DNA of 64,000 bases from IMG/VR virus record IMGVR_UViG_3300020450_001133; one strand, given 5' to 3'. Shown here in pieces: positions 54,406 through 62,046 of the stretch. The translations under genes and the position numbers were made by a program. Every line of letters starts with the position of its first letter. Positions within the stretch are counted from its first letter, which is position 1. Source of the DNA: a virus (lineage: Duplodnaviria; Caudoviricetes). The notes under the pieces were generated by a model, which did no database searches, was not told the DNA's origin, and saw nothing but the letters and a program-made list of their open reading frames with translations.

Positions 54406-56217
54406 TTATTTTGTTAAAAGTTTGGTTATGTACCAATTTATTTTTTGTATTTCTATATTGTTAATCTCATCAATAGTTTTTGGATTGTATTCATCAAAGT
54501 CTTCTCGTTTGATGCCATTCATTGTATAAGGCATGCCAAAAGATTTATTAAGCAAATTGTGTGTTAATTTTCCAAATTTTAAAAGTCTATTATTTAAGTT
54601 GCCTGAATATTTCATTGCATCTAGAAGTCCAACACCATTTCTGTTTTTGTATATAAACTCATTTGAAAAAATATCTTTAACTTGTTGAGGTATAGGTTGT
54701 CCATTCATGTAATGGTCTGTAGGCTCATACCCATAGTCTTTCCAATTCCTTTGAAACTCACTGTCTGTTCTTGCATCGTATCCTTCTGGTCTAATACCTA
54801 ATGCTCTCATGTTAGTTCCTATCATTGGGTTTTGGTCTGATACTAAAAAGTTAGCCATTTCTTTTAAACTTTCTTTTGTGTCGCTTGGTAGTCCTGCAAT
54901 AAAGCCACTAGCCATATCAACATCTTTCCAAACATCTGCTTTTAGTTCTCTCATATATTCGAACTGCAACATAGGATTCAAGCCTTTACCTATATCTTTT
55001 GCACTATCAGGATTTGTTGTTTCTACTCCAAACTGAACATGGACTATCCCAGCATCTGCAATCACTTGTGCTTGACTTGGTGTTTTGTTTCTATTTGCAT
55101 ACAATAAATCTAATCTAATATAACAAGCAAACTTTAATTTAAAAGGTAATGATTTAGACATCTCCATAAAGTCAACCATTTTTTGATGGTCATCATTAAA
55201 TGTGTCATCAACAATCCAATAACATTCAACACCAAATTTTTCATAATTATGAATTAACTCTTGTTTAATTAAATCCATATCTCTTATTGCTTCACCTTTT
55301 TCTTTTCCGTTTAAAGCAAAAGAACAAAATTTACATTTAAAAATACAACCTCTACTAACTTCTATAGATAATACTTCGCCTGGATATACTAAGTCATCAT
55401 CATGCCATTTCATTGTTGAATGTTTTACATCTTGTCTGCTTAATACATCTTCTTTGTATGGCATGCCTTCAAAATTTACAGGTAAATCTAAAGGATCTCC
55501 ACCTTTTAGTTCGTTTAAAATTTCAGGTGCTGTTTCTTCTCCGTATCCTATATTAACAATGTCTACGTTTCTATATTTAGAACCTCTATTTGTAAATGCT
55601 CCACCCTTAATAAATTTAACATTAGAATTTTTTTGTTTTACATAATCAACAAACAAATCGTCTATCTCTTCACCGTGCGGTAGAAAGCCTTGATAAAAAT
55701 CTTCTTTAAAAGCATTTTCATCTATGTAATGTTTATTTTTGATTTCAGCACCATAAAACGGATCTAGATTCCAACTAGACGGCTTAATGTTCATTCTATT
55801 TGGAATTTTAAGTAGGAAAGTGTTACTAATACCAACTGCTAAAGTATTGTCTCCTATATATTTGTCTACAATAAGTCTTAATGTTGCTATGTCCAATTGT
55901 GTAACAAAGTCAACTACTTGAACTGTAAATCCACTTTCTCTACATTCGTGGGCAAGTTTATAGGCACCTAATGCTCTATTGCCTACAAAAGAAAATTTAT
56001 CAAACCAACCACGTTGCCATAAATGTTGATTCATTTTAACAGGATCATCTTTTATGTCTTTAAAATGTGAAGAAAGACTTGCCCTGTTATCTAATAGGTA
56101 TGTGCCATAACCTGCGTGTTCATGCATACCCCAAAAAACGTTATCTGTAAATATAACGAATTCAACAGGAGTATGTTCCACTTCAATAAATCTGTGGGGG
56201 TTAATGATACCTTTCAT
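54406..56217 (-). CDS. B12-binding-domain radical SAM enzyme (603 aa)
   Basis: EVSRGCIFKCKFC (CxxxCxxC); N-terminal GAYKLA...VQVVD...VGIS...GG...GYGE cobalamin-domain pattern; DDTF; QFGVET. Confidence 0.85.
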   Translation of the reverse strand: MKGIINPHRFIEVEHTPVEFVIFTDNVFWGMHEHAGYGTYLLDNRASLSSHFKDIKDDPVKMNQHLWQRGWFDKFSFVGNRALGAYKLAHECRESGFTVQVVDFVTQLDIATLRLIVDKYIGDNTLAVGISNTFLLKIPNRMNIKPSSWNLDPFYGAEIKNKHYIDENAFKEDFYQGFLPHGEEIDDLFVDYVKQKNSNVKFIKGGAFTNRGSKYRNVDIVNIGYGEETAPEILNELKGGDPLDLPVNFEGMPYKEDVLSRQDVKHSTMKWHDDDLVYPGEVLSIEVSRGCIFKCKFCSFALNGKEKGEAIRDMDLIKQELIHNYEKFGVECYWIVDDTFNDDHQKMVDFMEMSKSLPFKLKFACYIRLDLLYANRNKTPSQAQVIADAGIVHVQFGVETTNPDSAKDIGKGLNPMLQFEYMRELKADVWKDVDMASGFIAGLPSDTKESLKEMANFLVSDQNPMIGTNMRALGIRPEGYDARTDSEFQRNWKDYGYEPTDHYMNGQPIPQQVKDIFSNEFIYKNRNGVGLLDAMKYSGNLNNRLLKFGKLTHNLLNKSFGMPYTMNGIKREDFDEYNPKTIDEINNIEIQKINWYITKLLTK

Positions 56218-56236
56218 AATGTAGTATTTATTAATT

Positions 56237-56313
56237 TGGTCCGCCCGGCAGGACTCGAACCTGCAACCTACGGTTTAGAAGACCGTTGTTCTATCCAGTT
56301 GAACTACGGGCGG
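56237..56313 (-). tRNA. tRNA-Arg(TCT)
   Basis: Cloverleaf CCGCCCG/CGGGCGG, anticodon loop CTTCTAA, TTCGAGT T-loop, encoded CCA. Confidence 0.95.
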
Positions 56314-56319
56314 TAAATT

Positions 56320-57036
56320 TTAATCTACAAATGCCCTTTCTAGAACAAAGTCTCCTGGTTCACCCAAGTTTCCTTCTTGGAAACCTAAGTTTTCAAAATA
56401 GTCCCTGCACTCATAATTCATGTCTGGACCTCCACACACCATAACTCTGTCAGTTTCTTTGTTAAAGCCACCGTTAGTAAAGTTATCAATGTGTTCCCAA
56501 AAACGACCTTTACGCACATAATCTTCCTGTGTGCAAGTGTCGTAATATGTTAAAGGAAATGTATTGCACATTTCTTGTATAACATCTGTGTAAGTGTGTT
56601 CTGCATGTGTTCTTGTGGTATGACAAAGTATAACACTTTTAAACTTTTCGTATGTTGCTGGGTCTCTTATAATACTCATAAAAGGTGCTATACCTGTTCC
56701 TGTTGACAGCAAATATAAATTATCTGCTTGAGTTACGTTATCAATCGTTAAAGTGCCTGTACACTTAGGGTTTACTAAAACTTCGTCTCCAACTTTTAAA
56801 TGCTGTAAACGACTTGTAAGAGGTCCGTCTGGTACCTTTATGCTTAAGAACTCTAACTCATCTTCATAGTTTGCACTAGCAATACTGTATGCTCTTAATA
56901 AAGGTTTGTCATTTACCTTTAATCCAATCATAGCAAACTCTCCGTTTGCAAAACGAAAAGATTGATTTCTTGTGGTTTTAAAACTGAATGTTTTATCTGT
57001 CCAGTGATGAACCCATGTAACTGTTTCTATGTTCAA
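56320..57036 (-). CDS. fpr: ferredoxin(flavodoxin)-NADP+ reductase
   Basis: VHHWTD, RAYSIAS, GPLTSRL, TGTGIAPF, VCG, ERAFV. Confidence 0.93.
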   Translation of the reverse strand: MNIETVTWVHHWTDKTFSFKTTRNQSFRFANGEFAMIGLKVNDKPLLRAYSIASANYEDELEFLSIKVPDGPLTSRLQHLKVGDEVLVNPKCTGTLTIDNVTQADNLYLLSTGTGIAPFMSIIRDPATYEKFKSVILCHTTRTHAEHTYTDVIQEMCNTFPLTYYDTCTQEDYVRKGRFWEHIDNFTNGGFNKETDRVMVCGGPDMNYECRDYFENLGFQEGNLGEPGDFVLERAFVD

Positions 57037-57290
57037 TGTTTAGTCGCCTTAAATGATTCAATCATAGCATTTCGAACTTCTGGATCTTTAAGTTTTTCTA
57101 TAAACTCTTTGTTTATTTCAAAAGTTATACCTTTTTCCATCTGCGATAACAAACTTAAATCATCAACGCCTAGCATAACACACACTTCTTCAAATGTCAA
57201 TAAGTTTAAGCCTTTTTCTTTTGCTTCTAATAACAATTCGAAGATTGCATCTGTTATTAAATCTTCTAAATCTTTATACTTCTCAGTCAT
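57033..57290 (-). CDS. hypothetical protein (85 aa)
   Basis: ORF track; GGTGAG SD-like; ATGA overlap with fpr. Confidence 0.7.
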   Translation of the reverse strand: MTEKYKDLEDLITDAIFELLLEAKEKGLNLLTFEEVCVMLGVDDLSLLSQMEKGITFEINKEFIEKLKDPEVRNAMIESFKATKH

Positions 57291-57301
57291 TTCTCACCAC
57301 A

Positions 57302-57377
57302 TGGTGGAGCGGACAGGGGTCGAACCTGCGACCTTCTGGATGCAAACCAGACGCTCTCCCAACTGAGCTACCGCCCC
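57302..57377 (-). tRNA. tRNA-Ala(TGC)
   Basis: GGGGCGG/CCGCTCC acceptor with G3:U70, loop TTTGCAT, CCA. Confidence 0.95.
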
Positions 57378-57403
57378 TAGTGTTCATATTTACCAGAAAA
57401 ATC

Positions 57404-57493
57404 TGGCGGAGAGGGAGAGATTCGAACTCTCGGTACAGTTACCCGTACTCTTCCTTAGCAGGGAAGTGCTTTAAGCCACTCAGCCACCTCTCC
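57404..57493 (-). tRNA. tRNA-Ser(GCT)
   Basis: GGAGAGG/CCTCTCC acceptor, loop CTGCTAA, long variable arm, CCA. Confidence 0.95.
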
Positions 57494-57503
57494 AATTTAT
57501 TGT

Positions 57504-57531
57504 ATTATACTTTATTTAAAGGGAATGTCAA
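57504..57531 (-). promoter_or_regulatory. sigma70 promoter for tRNA/fpr operon
   Basis: TTGACA-N16-TATAAT, 10 nt before tRNA-Ser. Confidence 0.8.
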
Positions 57532-58144
57532 GTCTAATTGTAAGACCTAATTTAGATTCACAGGTCATTTTGCCTGTTGCATGTATGCTTTTAGCATCGA
57601 ACTTTAACAAACTTCCAGGTTTAAATGGATATGCAGTACCACTTAAACTAAACCATGCTTCTTTGGGTTGATGGCTTAAATGCTCATAAAGATTTTCATC
57701 TATATCTTTTTCAGTTGCATTTAAAATATCATAATCACATGGTCTGCCTAATAATTCTTTGTTTGCTTGAAATCTTGCTGATTTGTTATTAAAAGTCCAT
57801 GTATTGCCACTACTATTCCAGTACTGGTCAAATATTACTAAGTGTGGTTTTGAATCATCTGCTACTTCAAGTGGCATAACAATATTTGTTATTTCTTTAT
57901 CATGATAGTCTGTGTGAGGATATAAAGGTTCTGTGTGTTTGTAAAAATGTGCTGTTGTAATATTTTCAACAGCCACATCTATTAAATTAGCAATAAACTC
58001 AAGATGCTCTGGCAATCTTATACTAATCATATTATTAGGAAGTTTTGCTTTGCTAAAAGGTTCTTTATAAAAGATACTTTTTAAATATTCTATACTGTCT
58101 TTGTCTATTGCGTTTTCTAAGTACACAGGTTCTAGTGTTGTCAT
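57512..58144 (-). CDS. putative 2OG-Fe(II) dioxygenase-like protein (210 aa)
   Basis: PHTD...NIVMPL...FDAKSIHAT...TIR (HxD...H...R); start at MTTLE, 5 nt after TATAAATA (58157-58150). Confidence 0.55.
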   Translation of the reverse strand: MTTLEPVYLENAIDKDSIEYLKSIFYKEPFSKAKLPNNMISIRLPEHLEFIANLIDVAVENITTAHFYKHTEPLYPHTDYHDKEITNIVMPLEVADDSKPHLVIFDQYWNSSGNTWTFNNKSARFQANKELLGRPCDYDILNATEKDIDENLYEHLSHQPKEAWFSLSGTAYPFKPGSLLKFDAKSIHATGKMTCESKLGLTIRLDIPFK

Positions 58145-58188
58145 GCATATATTTATAATCACTACCTGTTGCCCGAATATCCAAAAGT

Positions 58189-58196
58189 GATAAATA
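58189..58196 (+). promoter_or_regulatory. late promoter for gp14-gp15-NUDIX block
   Basis: GATAAATA-ctacatt-ATG(58204). Confidence 0.7.
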
Positions 58197-58203
58197 CTAC
58201 ATT

Positions 58204-59232
58204 ATGCCAAGATTACAACTGTGGAACAAGTTCAAAAAGAATGACTATGACTTCATAGACAGAATAACTGCCGAATTTATTAATGCAGGTGGTACAGGTG
58301 TTTTTGTTCACAAATACATTGGGACATATCAAGATGATACCACTGCTAGTATAGGGTCAGATGAACTTTATATACAAGATGTGCTGTTTTTAGAAAACAG
58401 AGATAGAAAGTATGATACTGATATTTACGAATTAAGGGGTTCATATACACCTGCAGATCCAGATTTTGATTTAACACAATTTGGTTTATTTGTAAACAAT
58501 GATAATATTTTTATGACTTTCCACATGAATACATGTGCAAGTTTACTTGGCAGACGTTTAATGGCAGGTGATGTTGTTGAATTGCCACATCTAAGAGATG
58601 ATTTATTATTAGGTGGTGGTGATGCTGTAAACAGATTCTTTGTTGTAAGTGATTCAGGCAGACCAGCAGAAGGATATGATCCTAGATGGTGGCCTCACTT
58701 ATGGAGAGTCAAACTTACAAACATTACTGATAGTCCAGAATACAGAGATATATTAGGAACAGGCGATACTGCTACTGACCTTAGAAATACATTAAGTACT
58801 TACAGTACTGAACTTGCTATTTCAGATAAGGTTATGGAACTTGCCAATGCTGATGTAAAATATGACACAGGTTACTTTGAAGGTGGACATTTATACATAG
58901 ATGAAAACAGTCAAGATAAACCAGGTGTACATTTTTCAGGCGATGGTACTCCTCCAAATGGTATAAGTATTGTTGGCAGTGGTACAAGTTTCCCTGCAAG
59001 TTGTGAAAACGGAGATTATTTCTTGAGAACAGATTTTGAACCAAACAGATTATTTAAAAAGAACGGATCTAGATGGAGTAAAGTAAGTGACGATACCACT
59101 AGAAAATGGTCAGCCGCAAACAAACTGCTTACAACATTTGTTAATAATAGTAACATTACCACAAACAGTGATGGTACTACACAGGCAGAAAAAACTAATT
59201 TAAGTAAAGCGGTAAAACCAAAGGCAGATTAA
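58204..59232 (+). CDS. gp14: neck/head-closure protein (gp14-like)
   Basis: DVLFLENRDRKY, DLTQFGLF, GDVVELPH; immediately precedes gp15-like gene. Confidence 0.7.
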   Translation: MPRLQLWNKFKKNDYDFIDRITAEFINAGGTGVFVHKYIGTYQDDTTASIGSDELYIQDVLFLENRDRKYDTDIYELRGSYTPADPDFDLTQFGLFVNNDNIFMTFHMNTCASLLGRRLMAGDVVELPHLRDDLLLGGGDAVNRFFVVSDSGRPAEGYDPRWWPHLWRVKLTNITDSPEYRDILGTGDTATDLRNTLSTYSTELAISDKVMELANADVKYDTGYFEGGHLYIDENSQDKPGVHFSGDGTPPNGISIVGSGTSFPASCENGDYFLRTDFEPNRLFKKNGSRWSKVSDDTTRKWSAANKLLTTFVNNSNITTNSDGTTQAEKTNLSKAVKPKAD

Positions 59233-59233
59233 T

Positions 59234-60649
59234 ATGAGTAGCAATATGGATTACTGGTATGATGCTCAAATACGAAGATATTTGACACAGTTCATGCGAA
59301 TTTTTAGTGGCTTTAAAGTTAATGAAGGTGTGCGTGATGGCGCAACATACTTTAATAGAGTGCCTGTAAGATATGCAGATATGCAAAGAATGGTGGCTCA
59401 CATACTAAAGAAAGGTAGTGAGAATATGGTAAACAGTACACCGTTTATTGCATGTAGTATTGGAAGTTTGCTTATTGCTAGAGACAGAGTACATGAGCCT
59501 ATGCTAGTTGATAAATTACAAATTGCTGAAAGACAATTTGATTCTAGTGCTAATGCATACTCATCAAGCGGTAATGCAAGTACAAGACCAGGTAACTTAT
59601 ACAGTACGGATAGATATATGCCTGTGCCATATAATTTAACTATGCAAGTTGATATATGGAGTGGTAATACAGACCAAAAATTACAACTATTAGAACAAAT
59701 TTTAATCTTGTTTAATCCAAGTATTCAGTTACAACAAAACACTAACCCATTAGATTGGACTAGTGTATTTGAAGTTGAACTTACTGATATGCAATGGAGT
59801 AACAGAAGTATTCCTGCTGGTGTTGATGAAACTATAGATGTTTCTACATTAACATTTACTTTGCCTATTTGGTTAAGTCCTCCAGCAAAAGTTAAAAGAC
59901 AAAAAATTATTAATAATATTGTAAACAACATTTATGATACTAGTAGTATTAGTAATTTAGGATATGATGAAGACATATATGACTTCTTTAGAACATTAGA
60001 TGATGAATTTGAATTACACACAATTATTCCTAATAACTATGAAGTTAAAATAGAAGGCACAGATGCACAACTTTTAAAAGATGGATCTAGTTTAGCAAAT
60101 TGGAATGACCTATTAGAAATATTGTCACCACAAGGAAGCCAAGGTAGTCTAGCAAATTCAAGTGTGTCTATTGCAGATATTCCTTTAACAACAGGAAGTA
60201 CATTACAACTTAATATATCAAACGATGTTGATGCTTCAACTAATTTAATCTCAGGATATGTAACTAGAAATAGTTTAGATCCTTCTAAATTAGTTTTTAC
60301 ATTAGATGCTGATACATTGCCTAGCACTACATTAACAGACGTGACAAGAATTGTTGATGCTAGTGTAAACTATCCAGGAGATGGAACATTAGATGCGGCG
60401 GCAGTAGGACAACGATATTTGCTTACAGGTGAAATACAAGGAAACCAATGGGGCATAACTGCTGATGCAAACGACATTATAGAATATAGCGGTAGTGCAT
60501 GGAGTAAAGTTTTTGATGCCAGCACAATTACAGCAGTTCACTATGTTAAGAATTTATACACAAACAAACAGTTCAAATGGGAAAACAATATATGGACAAG
60601 CACTTACGAAGGTCAGTACAATCCAGGGTTTTGGAGACTCAACATATAA
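59234..60649 (+). CDS. gp15: tail terminator/sheath stabilizer (gp15-like)
   Basis: YWYDAQIRRY...VPVRY...PVPYNLTMQVDIW...QLLEQILILFNP. Confidence 0.85.
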   Translation: MSSNMDYWYDAQIRRYLTQFMRIFSGFKVNEGVRDGATYFNRVPVRYADMQRMVAHILKKGSENMVNSTPFIACSIGSLLIARDRVHEPMLVDKLQIAERQFDSSANAYSSSGNASTRPGNLYSTDRYMPVPYNLTMQVDIWSGNTDQKLQLLEQILILFNPSIQLQQNTNPLDWTSVFEVELTDMQWSNRSIPAGVDETIDVSTLTFTLPIWLSPPAKVKRQKIINNIVNNIYDTSSISNLGYDEDIYDFFRTLDDEFELHTIIPNNYEVKIEGTDAQLLKDGSSLANWNDLLEILSPQGSQGSLANSSVSIADIPLTTGSTLQLNISNDVDASTNLISGYVTRNSLDPSKLVFTLDADTLPSTTLTDVTRIVDASVNYPGDGTLDAAAVGQRYLLTGEIQGNQWGITADANDIIEYSGSAWSKVFDASTITAVHYVKNLYTNKQFKWENNIWTSTYEGQYNPGFWRLNI

Positions 60650-61122
60650 GTATTTTAGATAAAATAAATCCTTTAACAAATCTAAGAAAGCACAAAGGCG
60701 TTACCGGTGCAGGTGTATTATTTTTAGCACTAGACACAGGCAGATGCTTATTCCAATTAAGAAACAGTGATAAACGTCATAAAAACACTTGGGGTTTTTG
60801 GGGAGGCATGTTAGAAGGTAACGAAACTCCATATGAATGTATTCAACGTGAACTAGATGAAGAAATAGGTTTTGTACCAGAACTTAAAAAATTAAATCCA
60901 ATAGACACATACCAAAGTAAAGATAAAAACTTTATGTATTACAGTTTTGTGTATGTAATAGACAAAGAATTTATTCCAAAACTTAACGGAGAAACTTGTG
61001 GTTATGCTTGGGTAGACATAGGCAAGTGGCCCAAACCATTGCATGACGGAGCAAGAAGCACATTAGGAAGAAATAAAGGTGTAGGTAAACTGCACACTAT
61101 TTTACAAATCAATTCTAAATAA
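60577..61122 (+). CDS. NUDIX hydrolase (start uncertain)
   Basis: Nudix box GGMLEGNETPYECIQRELDEEIG; AGVLF and WGFWGG. Confidence 0.88.
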   Translation: MGKQYMDKHLRRSVQSRVLETQHISILDKINPLTNLRKHKGVTGAGVLFLALDTGRCLFQLRNSDKRHKNTWGFWGGMLEGNETPYECIQRELDEEIGFVPELKKLNPIDTYQSKDKNFMYYSFVYVIDKEFIPKLNGETCGYAWVDIGKWPKPLHDGARSTLGRNKGVGKLHTILQINSK

Positions 61123-61130
61123 ATACTAGC

Positions 61131-61760
61131 ATGTCAAAAGATATTATAAATTTTGATGCTATTCGTTTGACGACTGAACTAAACAAATATCAGCGACATA
61201 AGGAAATACCTAATAGTTTTTTAGACGGCACATTCACAATACTAGATGTAAAAGAAATTTTACCCACACTAAACAGAAAACACCAAATTATTGCTAACAA
61301 ACTTATTAAACAATATGACGTAGATGTCAAACAAAGTAAAGATGGTTTACTTAAAGTTTTCTTAAACGAATACAGGTCATTCTTAAACAACCAACAAACA
61401 AGAAATGAACGTTGGGTGTTTCCTAACGTCATGAAAAAATATCGTTACAATATTAATCCTGTTAGAGCATTAACATATGATGTTAGAGAAATGGCTTACT
61501 CATTTAATCCAGATAATGACCATCATATTTGGCTACAAGAATTAGTAACAGATCCAAATTTCTATCACAGAATAATTCAAGACATAATTAAAGATAGAAA
61601 AAAAGTTGATAAAATTATTAACTATTATGTTCCTTTATTTAATACTGCTAATATTAATTTTGAAGAGCCACTAGAAATGAAACATCTAAGGACTTTAAGA
61701 ACAGATTTATTAGAGTATGCAAACTTGTTTACACAATTCAGAAAATACTACCCAGAGTAA
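61131..61760 (+). CDS. late hypothetical protein (209 aa)
   Basis: AATAAATA-ctagc-ATG. Confidence 0.75.
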   Translation: MSKDIINFDAIRLTTELNKYQRHKEIPNSFLDGTFTILDVKEILPTLNRKHQIIANKLIKQYDVDVKQSKDGLLKVFLNEYRSFLNNQQTRNERWVFPNVMKKYRYNINPVRALTYDVREMAYSFNPDNDHHIWLQELVTDPNFYHRIIQDIIKDRKKVDKIINYYVPLFNTANINFEEPLEMKHLRTLRTDLLEYANLFTQFRKYYPE

Positions 61761-61812
61761 AAGTTATAAACAAATAACTTGAATATAACTTTTTTGTATA
61801 TAAATATCTTTC

Positions 61813-62046
61813 ATGACACAACCAAAACATGTAAAAGAATATTACAACAATATAACATATCCTGAATATACCGAAGAAGATAAAAAACGTGGTATGAACA
61901 ACAAAGACTTAGATTTCATGACTGACGGAAACAACGGCATGTACTATTCTGTTTTCCTTCCATCGTTAATGGCAATTGGTATGGGTATTCTTCCTTTTAT
62001 AGTGATGTTTATATTTTTTGAAAAGCCAGAGTTTTTAAAACCGTAA
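61813..62046 (+). CDS. small membrane protein (77 aa)
   Basis: TATAAATA 6 nt upstream; hydrophobic VFLPSLMAIGMGILPFIVMFIFF. Confidence 0.7.
   Translation: MTQPKHVKEYYNNITYPEYTEEDKKRGMNNKDLDFMTDGNNGMYYSVFLPSLMAIGMGILPFIVMFIFFEKPEFLKP

Noticed and set aside
56237-57493. tRNAs as prophage integration sites
   Set aside because: No integrase, no duplicated tRNA 3' end, and flanking DNA is phage-like on both sides; they are phage-encoded tRNAs.
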